From: Entomortierella parvispora E1425
Taxonomy: Eukaryota; Fungi; Mortierellomycota
Reading direction: 5' to 3'
DNA length: 64,000 nt
NCBI GenBank assembly: GCA_020891255.1
Contig: BQFW01000012.1
Span: 248,001-312,000 of the forward strand
Positions within the stretch are counted from its first letter, which is position 1. The number at the start of each line of letters is the position of its first letter. Under the pieces are notes generated by a model, which saw nothing but the letters and a program-made list of their open reading frames with translations, had not been told where the DNA came from and did not search any database. The position numbers and the translations under genes were made by a program. This document shows, piece after piece, positions 11,284 through 23,659 of this stretch.

Positions 11284-12135
11284 GCCTGCGTGGTATAGCA
11301 GATATGGTGTTAATGAAATTGTCAGCGACTGAAAGATCGATGGGTAATTCACTCTGAGACTGAAAGCAATATTGCTAAGGCGGCCGCCGTGTCAGTGGCT
11401 GTGACAGTATTCTTCATGATGGGGGAGAAAGCAGTATGCTGAGGCAGCATGTGGACCGGGATCGAAACCTCGATCTTTCCAAGATTGTGGCGTTCTGATG
11501 CGAATCAACCATAACTGGGCTGGGCTCTGCTGGTCGTTGAGTACGGTGCACTCAGTCAGTAACGGTCTTCAAACTGACCTCCAGGTCGTCCACGGGGACA
11601 CTCTTTGTAGAGACTTGAGGTGTGGATCTGTACCATGATAATGAAAAATAGCGAGGGATGTGGTCTCGGCGACAATTTGGAGCGCCATTGGGAGCACATC
11701 GATGGGCGAAGACAATGCCTGGTGCCGCATGGAGGAGTGGAGTCAACGAGAATGAAAGTGGAAAGAGAGAATGAAGCACATGTGTGCCCATGCCAGCGAT
11801 GTGAGGCGTGATGCAGTGGTGCAACAGGGACAACAACAGAGCAGGACCACACGCGCCTTTTTTTTTGTGGGATGCAAGCGATGAAAGAGCGGCCCGCCCG
11901 GGCAAAGAGAGATTTGTTCCTTCCTTTCTCTGCTTTTCTTCCCTTTCGCTTCGAGATTCACTGACCCCTCCCGACTCTTTATCTTCTCTTCCCTACATAC
12001 CTCTCCTCCCTTCTCCACCCTCCATCCCCCTTCTTCCTTTCTACCTCCACCGTCTTCTCATCACCCCTCTTTTCTCTCTCGCTTATTGACTCTCCTTCTT
12101 CTTCGCTTTCGGCCACGCGCTTTGTACATAGTAGC

Positions 12136-14376
12136 TTTCCTACTTCTTTTCCTCATCCGGGCTGTCGACCTCCCTGCCTCCTCTCTTACATTGATTTCAC
12201 CATGTAGGGATCTAATCTGCATTCGAAGCACAGCAAATATGGAATCACTCTTCTACAACCGCTCCTCCACTGCCACCTCTCCACCATAACTACGATTTAA
12301 CTGCCTGCAGGAGGCAGCTTGCTCTCTTCATCAGCAAAACGCACTTCTCAGACGAGGCGACAACTGCCAACAAGGCACTACCGGATCCTACTCGCCTTTG
12401 ATCCCTCAAATTACAGAATCATGTTCTACGATATGAAAGCATCTGGGTTCCTTGGATGTCAGTCATGGAATCCTGATCTGTGTGCCCAGGTCTATGGAAA
12501 TGCAGCTCTGAATCGGCCGGCCATGGGACAACAACTTGGTAAGCTTTGCTGCCACCCTGATTGATATTGATATTTCCTCCCCTTCCTCCCGCACACACAC
12601 ACACATACACATCATTGATCATACACTGACCCTTTTCTCCTGTATTAGGCTGCCTTCAACTGAAGTCCAGAGGTCACTCAGGAGAGCCTGGATATGGGAA
12701 TTGCCCACCCACTTTTGAGCAATCTTTGACCACCACCCCAGACTGCGGCATCTCGGAACCTCATGCCAAGGGTTGCAACGTCGGAAACCCTCAGCAATGA
12801 TGACCGATATCTTTCTGCTACCGTTCAACTTCAGCCTCAGTGAACGACTCCTTGCAGGCGCACATTCCGAGCCAACTTTGATGATCCAACTAGCAACCTT
12901 CAGGGCTGTGCTAAGCGGCCCAGCCTGGGATCAAATATTCTTCGGACCCCAAGTTCAGGCGCCAACACAACGCTCGCTGCTATTCTCTCAGATCACCTCA
13001 CTGACCGTACAGCTGAAGAGAAGAACCCGGTAGGACCACTCCATCAATGACCTATTCGACGCTCTTGTCGACAGTGATGCTGGCTTCGTGATTGCAAGAC
13101 AACTCACCACTATGACATACAATGGGAGGAGCGCGCGCTTCTCAAAGTCGACTGGAGACCCCTGAGGGCCTTCTTGGTTGCTAGCAGGATCTCACTCGTG
13201 TCTCTAACGCTGGTTTTTATCAGCGTCCTTCCCGTCCCCTGACACTCCCATGCCCGGTGCTGGCGAATGGATGACTGCCTTGAGAACCCTGAAACTGGAC
13301 GAATTCCGTATTGGAAATGAACACGCTAGAAAGATGTTCATCCGTCTCGTATCTCCTCAAGTGAGGACCTTGATCGTTCACTCCCTTAAATTTGTCAACG
13401 GAACTACTACAGCGGGAGCGACCGCCCTGGCCCCTGAGTTTAAATCGTTGGAGAAGCCGTGCCTGACAGGATCGATATGCAGTGACAACTGCCGAGCTCC
13501 TCTGGTAGAAAAGGTGAAGAATAGCAAGATGAAGATCATGTCGATAACCGTCGAGAAAGAAAACACCAAACTCATGGAGAATCTGTCGTTCTCGTCCGTT
13601 CCGAACTTCGATCTGGAGGAAATCACATTGCAAACCTTAAGAAGGGGTGCTGAAGTCACCGACGAGACTTTTTCGGATCCATTTGTCTGGGACCCACGTT
13701 TTTTATCGTTCTGTAAGCTCCTTCAACGATTGAATCCCGATGGACGCTATTCCAATCTCACAAGTGAGATTCAAAGACGAATACCAGACCAGGTTGGTCT
13801 TGGTTTGGACAACACCTATCGGACGGCCCTAACACCGCAAGTGCTGCAAAACATCATGCCTTTTGCCATCACCTTGGTAACGCTTCGCTTGGTTGACTCT
13901 AAAACCCTTCATATTAACGATTCAGATGTCATTCCTTGGCTCAACAAGATTTTGCGAGGCTTTTTGAATCTCCGAGTTCGGGCTTGAACTTCCTCTCGGC
14001 GACTAGCGACTGGGAAATCTCTAATGGAATTGGGGTAAGTCAAGATCACCAGGGACAAGGAAACCAGCCAGCAGCTGTCCAGGCAGGAGTTATCCTAGCA
14101 GGAGCTGTCCATGCAGAAGCTTTCCAGGCAGAAGCTTTCCAGGCAGAAGCTGTTCAGCCAGGAGCTGTCCCGATAGGAGTTGTCCCGGTAGGAGTTGTCC
14201 CGGTAGGAGTTGTCCGGGCAATGGACTGGCAGGGCGAACGGCCTTTCTTGGAGAAAATTGAGATAAGACTGGCGCATGCACTTGTGCAGTTTGGAGTCCA
14301 CAACACTGAGGCTGAGCTCAAGAGATGGTTCTGCTTCTTGCAAAAATTGGATGCACGTCCTGCCCCCGGGGCCTAA
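12136..14376 (+). pseudogene. Decayed F-box/LRR-like gene with several stops and frameshifts
   Basis: Leader motif at 12136-12163 and a probable intron at about 12539-12648. ORF 13250..13987 ends ALTPQVLQNIMPFAITLVTL...NKILRGFLNLR, and the frame then shifts to ERPFLEKIEI. It is paralogous to ALTPQVLQGILPCAATLTSL...NRILRCLPNLR...ERPILEKIAI at 21740..22174. Confidence 0.65.
14071..14220 (+). repeat. 15-bp minisatellite, 10 units, encoding pentapeptides (AVQAG/AFQAE/VVPVG)
   Basis: Units such as gcagaagctttccag and gtaggagttgtcccg are in register over 150 bp. Confidence 0.85.
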
Positions 14377-16961
14377 TAGAAGACTATCTCTTCATCGGCT
14401 CTCCACCTGAAATGAAATTTGTAGTTTTGACGAAGATGGTAAAAAAATATATAACTTATTATAATAATATGTTCTTCGAATTTGTTTTTATTTGGGGAGA
14501 TCAGGACGGTAGGGGAAGGCGTGAGGGTGCATAAACAAGCAGATCCGACCTCGAACTTGAGCCAGCGATACCAGTAATAAAACATTTGTGGGCAAAGCAT
14601 CGAATGTAGAGCCAGAGCACAGACCATCTTATCCTTCTACGGAAGAGTTGTGGCCGCTTTGAGTAAATATATTGATTAATTTTCGGCGATTCGGTTTAAA
14701 CCGCCCGTATCCGGGTAGCAGCAAGAATAGCAACTGGTGGATGCCATCCTAGATGAGAAGTCTTGACATCTGATGGTATTTCGAAGTTCCTGCATGTAAT
14801 GTTGAAGGGTTGGCTGAGGAGGGACAAGCCTGGAGGGGCTGATGGGTGATACCTGTTGCCTCGATTAGCAGGGCTGACGACAGGGTAGATGTCCATAGTT
14901 GGTATCCTTGAGGTCGAAGCATGCGGTTCGTGTTCTATCTGTAAGTCACACGCAGTGTGTGAGCACCAGCGTTTGCTTTGTTGTTGATGTCCATCAGGCG
15001 CTGCCATGCTAATGCAATATCGACTGCAATGGCTCGTTAGCTTGGTTTTCTTGAACAAGACTAAACGAAGATATATTTCAGTCAGTGATTTCGTATTGTA
15101 AGAGACGGCACATTCGTGTCCGTGTTGTCTGTTACAGAGTATACCTTTTCCTGCAGCCAGCAAAACCGATGTTTTGGCGCTCCTCCTTGCTCTCTGCCAG
15201 TGACTCGATACTCTGTCGCAACAGGGAAGGAGGTCAATAGGGATTTCTTTGGAGTGGATCACCAATACCTTGCAAAGCGAAACATACCTATTATGTTGGC
15301 AAGTAGGAGCCCATTGTTGTCCCCGAGGCTGGGCGATAGACACGCTAAGGCGTCTTCTGCAGCTCTGGGGAGAAGGTGGTTAGACGTACCAGTCAACGGT
15401 TGCTGTGGCAATTAAGTGGCGTCCTGAGAGAAGTGCGCTATGTAGGTCATGAAGCAAATGACAGCTGCAAGATGGCGAAAACGGGACTATGCCGTGATGT
15501 CATGATGGGGCATTGAGAGACGTGAGAGAGCTGGTGCCTTGTTCCAACAGAATCAGCCATTGGCATGGTTCTCTCCTCCATTGCCATGGCATGGACTGGT
15601 GAGGAATGTTCATTCGAGCTAAGCCACCAGGTACACTGGCTCAATTGAACACGAAAAAAAAGAGACGCCGATCACCGTGGCTCCGTCTTTTCTTCCAGGC
15701 ACGCAGCGCAGAGGGGGCAGAGGCGAACGTGTGCATCCACTTTGAAATGTATGGCACTGAAGAGCACAAACATTTCTAGGTCGAGACTCGGGAGAGAGAA
15801 TATCCAGCAGGTCCACAAAAGAAGCCCTGCTGCCTTGCTGCTCTCAATGACAAAGACGGTCGCTGTCCAATAGCTTTGTGTATCTTTCATCAGGCTAGGT
15901 TTGGTTGCCCTGGTTGGTTGACTCTCATCATCTCCTATCCTATTCACACGGTCGCTTGAGCGGCCAGTCTGGTCACACCCTCCACCAAGTGTGGAGGGCA
16001 GACGAGGTTTGATAGGATAAACCATCCCTTCAAGGGTCATGCATGTACCACTGACAAGGTACAAAAGAGGGAGAGAAGGGGATGCTGGGTCCATCCTGCT
16101 GGACATGGCCGCCCACCTTGTGCACAAGCATGTTGGCATGTGTCTCCAAATGGACATTGTTTGGCAGCAGGGTCCTCTGCAGGGGAGAGGCAATCGAGCA
16201 TGGGCTCAACAGGGGCATGCCACTACCAAATCAAACTCCCGTGTTTGTCACCGTGCAGAAGCGGACTTTGGTGGATGGATTCTGGCAGCCCATTTGCGTC
16301 TAGGACCACAACGCAGGGACAAAGGCAAGGGATGGTCAGGAACCGTTCCTGCATTGGAAAAGTACCATCACTGTTTCCCATGAGCAACAAAACAGTGGTC
16401 CCTGCATGCACGAGAGCCGTTTTGTGTTGTTGTTTTCCGCTGCCAATTACATTTAGTCTCCCCCTTGTTCTTTGGATGACTGACAGCCCAACACGAACAT
16501 TTGATAATCCCACGCGGTCCAGTCCGTCCCTCGAATCACAATGAAGCCATGTTTATGCCTCCCTCAATCCTCCGTCATTGTGAGAGCGGAATGGCCCCTC
16601 TGTCATCGATATTCTTCGCGGATTTTTTTTATTGACTTTGAGAGCACTCGCTCCTTCGTGCCCTTCTTGGTGCATTTCCTCTGTGTTATTCTCCCGTGTC
16701 CCCAGATCCAATAACTGCTAGTTGATGGACTGGTGGGAACAGGAAGAGGTTGGGCGCGGTACTCGATCACTCAAAATTGCAAACAGGAGCTTGGACCGGA
16801 AACCCTATTGCATGTTCGGCGTGTCTTTTTTCTGCACCATGTCCTCCGTCGTTCTCAACTTACTTAAATAGGACCCTTGTTCAACTATCATTCCATTTTT
16901 TTTCACTACTCCTCCATCCTACTCCAGTCTTCTTCTTTGATCACCACCAATCCTATCAATA

Positions 16962-18339
16962 ATGAAGTTTATCACCCTTGCAGCCTCTGTGGCTCTTGCC
17001 GCCTTGTCTTTGACCTCTGCTCGTCCAATGCTCCAGGCGCGCCAGTCCACCTGCCCTGTCAATGTGCTTTCCTGCTCCTCTGCCTCTTCAGGTGTCGATA
17101 GCTGCTGTCTGCCCACGATGGGAACCCTTCTCTTGGTGCAGCAATGGTACACCTCCTTGGGACCTTCGAACGAGTTCACAATGCATGGTTTGTGGCCCGA
17201 TACCTGCAGCGGCGGCGACGGTCCCTCCGATGGATGTGATTCCTCGCGTGACTACACCGATATCCAGACTCGCCTTGAGAACTACTCTGGCCCCGGGGCC
17301 TCCATCATGGATGACATGAACACCTACTGGGGATCTTACACCGGTGACAACAATTCATTCTGGTCTCATGAGTGGACCAAGCATGCAACCTGTATTTCGA
17401 CTTTGGCTCCTTCCTGCCACCCGGATTGGGTCCAAGATCAGGATGTGTACACGTTCTTTAGCACGGCCTTGGGATTAAGACAGCAATATGATTTGTACGC
17501 TGCTCTGGCCAACGCCGGTATTACTCCTGGCTCTAATCCTGATGTGGACGACATGCATGCCGCCATTCAGACAGCTTTTGGCGTCGATGCGGAGATCAAC
17601 TGCGAATCCGGTGCATTGAGCGAGGTAAATGATGTGCTGTGGTTCTTTTGATTGTGCACCCAACAAGAAAAGAACAAAGTGAAGAATCTGACGCGTTTTT
17701 TTTTCTTTCCTTTTTTTCTTCAGATCTGGTTGACTTTCAACGTCCAGAACCAAAACCAATACGTCATTGCCAATGCTCTTTCCAAAGGCTCGTGCAGTGG
17801 ATCTATCTCCTATCCCGAAAAGTAAGCCATTTATCTCTCCCGGCTTCTCTATCTACTTCTCCTCCTACTTCTCTGTCCTAAAAACAAATAAAAAGAAAGT
17901 AAAATGAACGGCCCTAATCAGAATGGCCTTTATCATTCGATAGGTCCGGATCCCCTGCAACAGTTCCCACTGCCACTACCACTACCACCACCACTACCGC
18001 TGCCACTACCACTACCAATGCTGGCTCTATGACCACCACCGAAGCTTCAGCCCCAACCCCCACCTCAGGCTCTGGATCAGGTCTCCCAAGCGGTCGTCAG
18101 AGAGGTTCTTGCTCCACCAATGGCGCCACCGTCTGTGTCAGCTCTGGCTCTTGTAAGATCAATGCCTCTCCTTTGGTCCCTTCTTGTTCGTCCCCGTCGT
18201 ACTAAAAGTCCTCCTTGCCATTTTTATTCACATAGCCGATCAATACTCCAAGTGCAATTCGGGCACCTGGATCTTGAACCAATGCAAGAAGGGTCTCGTT
18301 TGCTATAGCGACACCCAGACTTCCACCCATTGCGCCTAA
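16962..18339 (+). CDS. Secreted ribonuclease T2 with Thr-rich linker and C-terminal CBM19-like Cys-rich module; join(16962..17624,17724..17821,17944..18152,18236..18339), 357 aa
   Basis: Signal peptide, [12 protein letters not shown] and [17 protein letters not shown]. Three GT-AG introns keep the frame. The C-terminus reads [48 protein letters not shown]. Confidence 0.92.
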
Positions 18340-18691
18340 AATATGGAGCGTGTAAACCCTATCATCAACGAACAACATCAATTTGCAGCCAGTGAGTTTT
18401 CACTTGTAGCGAAAATAAAATAGGCAAACCCCTCCCCCGCCTTTCAAACTCAAACAACCTCTATCAAACGAGTCCTTTCAATTCAAAGATTATGGATGTG
18501 ATAAGGTACCGATCCTTCTATTATTTGTAGTGCAAAACCAAATTTATTCGTTGGAAGGAAAAAAAACAGGGGTGGAAATCGATCCTGGACATTGTCGCGG
18601 ATAACAACCGAACTCAAGAAAATGAAGTTCTGCTTGATCCACGTCTTGAGGGCATCTCTTGTCAACGGGGCGGTATTAGATCGGACAATCT

Positions 18692-19195
18692 CACTGGTTT
18701 ACGGGGTGGATAGTGCCTTTGGTTGGCAGAGTGAGAAGGGCACTCTGAGAAGGACTTGAGGTGCTCATAGCGGTTGTGGGCCAGGTACAGTAATCAAGGT
18801 AAAAGAGTGGCAAAGAACATAGAGTGCCACCTTCGCTTTGGTGCCTCCTGACTAGGAGCATGCCTCTTTGGTACTTTGTCATTTATCGTTCCCTGCCTTG
18901 CACCTTTTTTTTTCCGTCAGGGTCGAGGGGGGATACTCCCGGAACGTGTCCAGGGTTCTCTTTTTGTCCCTGTCGCTGTTCCTCATGATTCCTTCCCCCA
19001 TTTATCTTCCTTATTCCTTCAAAGCTCGCCTTGGATGTTTTTCTCCTCTCGACGGCACATCTCTCCTGACAGCACCCAGCTCTTCAGTCAACAACATCAC
19101 TTCAGTGTCAAGACAAGCCTCAAAGTCAGTACCACTTCTTTGCGCTCAACACTCGCTATTCTTCAGGATCATCTCTGGAACTGGCATCAGAGTCA
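18692..19195 (+). repeat. Third, diverged copy of part of the inverted-repeat arm (equivalent to 10017-10518)
   Basis: Shared blocks acggggtggatagtgcctttggttggcagagtgagaagggcactctg, cttcgctttggtgcctcctgactaggag and ctcaacactcgctattcttcaggatc. The middle is rearranged. Confidence 0.9.
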
Positions 19196-19228
19196 ATTGG
19201 GGATTGTTTTAATGAAGTTGTTCGAGTC

Positions 19229-20213
19229 CTAAGTTCTGTAGCTGATCGAATGTCCCAATGGACTCCAAGAGTCGTGAATACAATTGAATCCACGCGAGGC
19301 AACGTCGATGCAGGAAGAGGAGTAGTGGCCGGCCACTTTGGTAGTAAGTCTTGGTGATGGTGATGTCTTGACAGCGTTGCATGTTGGCACTGACTCCTGA
19401 CTGAGAATTTTGACCCCTTCAAATTCCACGTCGTCGTCTTCATCGTCGCTCTCCCATGCGACCACCTCCTCGGCGCTTGACGATCAGGTTTTTGTAATCT
19501 TTTTCCAGTGCCGCCACATGATGCTGAAACTGGGCCTGAGAAAGTGCACCATTCAGGAAGTCTCTATCTTCAGGAAAGGATCTCAAAATCGAAGACTCTA
19601 TGAAGGCGGCGATTTTTTCAGTCTGAACTTGAGTCCCAAGGCGAGCGAGTCTATGAACTAGCTCATCAAAGTCATCGTCTGAGGCCAGATACTGTTTCCA
19701 GCTCTACTCTTCCATATAGCAAAAAGCCATATGGAAAGGCCGCTACTATAAAGACGGGCCCTCGTCTTAAGGACCTCAAGACCATCATCTGTTCACCGAC
19801 AATGGGTGGAATAGTCTCGAAATTGGTTGATCTCCGCGGAAGAAATCGCCAGAGACCAAAGGAAAAGCTTTCCGTCAACGGGCACTCAACTGGCCGTTTG
19901 TGTACTATGGACATATAGTCTATATAGAGGATATTTATATGCTGGCTCCTCGAACATGAGCAGTAAAACTCTCGATAACGCGCCCAATAAGTATTGACTC
20001 CTCGCCTGAGATTTTCATGTTGTCGTAAATGTTGAGAAACTGGTTGCCTTTAGCTGGGGGCTCAAGTGAAGTTGGGACAGAGAGACAGCGGTGGACGAGG
20101 AGTGGTGGACGAGGAGTGGTGGGTCGGGGAGTGGCGGCTCGGGGACGGCTTTATGTCTGTTGTCGTATTTCGAATACAGGTCAGATCCTCATATGAGGAA
20201 AAGAAGCAAGAAA
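19229..20213 (-). pseudogene. Decayed member of the leader-sharing LRR-like family
   Basis: Leader motif at 20193-20213 (minus strand). The following sequence (gatctgacctgtattcgaaatac) matches 12208-12230 (gatctaatctgcattcgaagcac). The coding frames are broken. Confidence 0.4.
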
Positions 20214-20730
20214 CCCGCTGCGAATTTAATGAAAGAGGATGGACGTAAGAAGAAAAAGGAAAGCAAGGACGAGTGGAGGTCGAGAAGAGAAAAAGATTGG
20301 AATATGAACGTGAAGAAGATCGCGAAGGGAGGAGGCAGAAGCCAGAGAAGGAGAGAGTGAGAAGAGAGTGAAGAGGAAGAGAAGAGCAAGAGGATGAGGT
20401 GAAGAAGACAGGGAAGAGGGAGAAGAGGGAGAAGGGGAGAAAAGAGTGAAGAGGAAGAAGAAGGTGAAGAAGACAGCAAAGAGGGACAAGAGTCAAGAGG
20501 AGGAAGAAGAAGAAGGTAAAGAAGATAGTGAAGAGGGAGAAGAGAGAGGAGAGAGAGGAGAGGGAGGAGAGAAGAAGACAGCGAAGAGAGACAAGAGTTA
20601 AGAGGAGGAAGAAGAGGGTGGAGAAGATAGCGAAGAGGAGGAGAAGAGAGTGAAGAGGAAGAGGAGAGTGAGAAGAGAATGAAGAGGGAGAAGAGCATCA
20701 AGAGGAAGAAGGCGAAGAGGGAGAAGAAAA
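20210..20730 (+). repeat. Purine-rich (G/A) low-complexity tract with an internal duplication of about 80 bp
   Basis: The plus strand is almost all G/A (gaagag, ggagaa). gaagaagacagcaaagagggacaagagtcaagaggaggaagaag recurs as gaagaagacagcgaagagagacaagagttaagaggaggaagaag. Confidence 0.8.
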
Positions 20731-21553
20731 GTGATTCTCGCGGCATGTATATCACCCTGATGATCAGCTCTAGTTATTTGTCCGAATTGTCCACTCGTGT
20801 CCCGGTTTCCTCACCGCACCGTATCTCCCTTTTCAAATCGATATCCAGCACTCAATGGCCTTCTACCTCGTCTCGCCAGTTTGTGCCTTCTGGGCTGATC
20901 TCTTTGTGCTCCTGTATCACCGGACGCGACGCTGCCAACTTTTTAGAATCTTCGCTCGCGGCTTTTTTCTCTATGTGACATCTCAGCTGTCCACAAAGAA
21001 CACTGCAATGGTCCACTTAGAGATAGACCTCAAGACATTGCGGAGTGCGCGTCATCCTTGCATGCAAACAGCTTAGCCAGGTCAGGTATCTTTGCTTTCA
21101 TGATGACGAAATCTTCCGAGATCTTGACCAAGCACATATCATCTCGGTGGAGTGCACCTCGTTCTCATCCTCACCGAAATGCATAGTGTGTGCTCCTTGC
21201 ACCCAGTACAGTCGTGTGAGTGCAGTAGCCAACTCTCAATAGTCGTGTAGAGAACAATACTCACATACAAATGGTGCGCAGTTTAGAGACTTTCTTGATT
21301 CAACATTTCTCTCCCATCATCTCTTTGCTCTATTCTCATGATATGTTTTCATGCAGCATCCATTTTCATTAGTGGGTTTCAATCTTGGGATTTTGAAGGC
21401 GTGTTTGTGTCGATGAACTCCAAAAATCCGCTGGAGCGGATTTCAAAACGCACCTGTTCCCCGTGGGATGCGTTTGGATATCCGCAATTTTCACTTCCAA
21501 ATCCGCTACTATTTGAAAAGGCCTCAGGCAATGATTGAAACCCACTATTGAGA

Positions 21554-21585
<32 letters not shown>

Positions 21586-21739
21586 GGAGGTACAGTTGGC
21601 CCCATTGAACATGAACCTACAGCTCTCAATGGATTTAAGAATAGGAATGCTGACTTTATTGGCAAATTGTCTCTTGCGAGGATCAAAAGATCTGGACCAT
21701 GTTCCGCACATCTTCATCCTCATCTTCGTCTGCAGCCTG

Positions 21740-23165
21740 CTATACAAGAATTGACTCCAAGAAACGGAACCGTCCTCTTAGTGCTGTCTTCATGTCGTCG
21801 ATTTCGAGCAGTGCGTTTGAGGATCGACAGATTGCAATCTTCTCCAAGATGGGCCTTTCACTCGCCCACCCTGCTGCTTGAGTAGCCATCGCTTCTCCTC
21901 CCTGTCCCTGTTGATGTTCTTGGTCTAGATTCCCCGTCCCCAGAAAGATATCCAAGTCGAGAAGAGGTAAGCCAAATTCAAACTCTCGAAGGTTGGGGAG
22001 ACATCGCAGGATCCTGTTCGGATAGGTACTATGGATGGGGGTCCGAAGCAATTCATGTTTGAAGTGCAGTGATGTCAAGGTTGCCGCGCAAGGCAGTATA
22101 CCTTGTAGCACTTGTGGTGTTAGGGCCACCAGGTATTCCACGACGTCCAATACCGGACCGATGCTGGCTTCCACTCTGGAACGGATATACCTTGGGAAAT
22201 TGGCATAGTGCCCTCTGAGTCCGAGTTTGTGAGACGCGGCGGTGGGCAGAAATCACCTGAACGTTTCATGAGTCCTCACTCCTCCTTCTCACCCTCAATC
22301 AACGGCTCATCCAGCGCCTCTTTTTGCTCTCCCAACGAGAGCTCCATCTTTTGTGCTTGGTCCAGTTTTTGATGGAGGACGTCTCCTGCTTTCTTCGAAA
22401 ACTTGGTAATATCTGCGGTTGACCTCTTGATAAGGCGCTCATTGATTTTGATGTTTAATATGGTCTCGAAGACCACTTGTGCGTCCGAGTCCTGCTGAGG
22501 TGGGGGTGATGCCGTGAACTGCCTGAAGCTCCCGGTACCAAAAGTGAATTGTGTTTGAGCCTGATCATGAAAAAGAATTTTTGCAGAGCGCATGAGTCTT
22601 CAAAAAACTTATCAAACCAAAGTACCACAAAGCTTCGTTGAAGGGTTCAACTCACCAAGAACTGCCTCAGCGGACGAGCAGGGCCGATTGATTCTGTTTG
22701 TTGTTGAAGATACCCAGTATGAAGCCTAACGCCTTCGTTCAAATGCAGGACGCTCTGCGTTTTGACTTCAGCGGGAAACAACAGCCTTGGCGTTTTACCG
22801 CCGACGCCCAGGCGATAGCAAACCAGATCAAGGATGTCATGGGTTACAGTGGATGGCGTACCCGCTTCTGTTCTCGCAAAAGGTGGTAAAAAACTTCCAC
22901 AGATCCGATGTCAATGGGGAATATGGTACTCAGCACACTCTTGAAGGCGACTGTATCTCCGCCCAATGTTGGTGTTGAAGCAGTTTCTAGGTCCTTGAGG
23001 TCAGTTGATAGAGGTCGACTCGGAGACGCGGTGGTTCCAGTGCATATCCTTCAGGCCCAGCAGGTGTTGCCCCCGTCTTGTTCGCAAGTAAAAAAATAAA
23101 ACAATAACGTAGAGGAGGCGAAATGGGGAGGGCGGTAAGCCCCGATGAGGAAAAGAAGCAGGAAG
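21740..23165 (-). pseudogene. Decayed F-box/LRR-like gene, inverted paralogue of 12136..14376
   Basis: Leader motif at 23138-23165. catgacatccttgatctggtttgc resembles catggaatcctgatctgtgtgc at about 12463. The middle matches 3210-3440 with an 11-nt frameshifting insertion. The C-terminal LRR ORF is 21740..22174. Confidence 0.65.
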
Positions 23166-23198
23166 GCCGGTGTGGGGTATGAGTAAAAAAGAAGAATG

Positions 23199-23234
<36 letters not shown>

Positions 23235-23659
23235 AAAAAAAAAGGCAACGGGGATATTTTTTGAGCACGAGGGTGTACAGACAACAAACACGGTCGTTGT
23301 GAGCCAAATGTGACCGTTGTGTTGCATCGAACAATCATTGCTGTTGATTTTGGTGATCCTCCTACTATCCATTGTACAAGATCATGGTCAGGCATACTGG
23401 AGGACGTCAAGCAGACGCGAAGCTGGTTTTATTTGGAAATGGATCGGGAAGCTGCAAAAATAACAATTATCAAGCCACGACGGCTTCTTTGCGACCTATC
23501 GAGGGGTAAAAGTGACAGAGCGACGAGAAGCAAGAAAGGAAAATATAAGAAAGGGCAAAGCGGAGCATTGGCCCTCTTCTTTACGCTAAAGCCCAAAATG
23601 ACTGTTGGTCTAGAATGCTCGCTCGTGTAGACCCGGGAAGAGACTCGGCGGCTCCGCAA

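Noticed and set aside
3910-11292. Interpreting the 1.7-kb arms as TIRs of a cargo-carrying DNA transposon (Pack-MULE)
   Set aside because: The flanks (tgcgaaaag / gcctgcgtg) show no target-site duplication, and the older copy shows homology continuing past the left end. A rearrangement fits better.
11552-11660. Short similarity (gacactct...gacttgaggtg) to the arm interior, a possible fourth copy
   Set aside because: Only about 25 bp of patchy identity, which cannot be distinguished from chance without an alignment.
14696-16544. Several 60-215 aa ORFs on both strands
   Set aside because: No recognisable motif, splice pattern or paralogy. The region could be a deeply decayed gene, but I cannot support a call.
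20189-20755. 188-aa Leu/Ser/Phe-rich minus-strand ORF that looks like a membrane protein
   Set aside because: It is a by-product of the polypyrimidine strand, which lacks stop codons.
22812-22856. AIANQIKDVMGYSGW resembles AIANQVYESTGYWF in the FAR1-like gene, suggesting a Mutator relic
   Set aside because: The opposite strand here aligns with the LRR-like paralogue at about 12400-12500, and the match is too short. Treated as coincidence.
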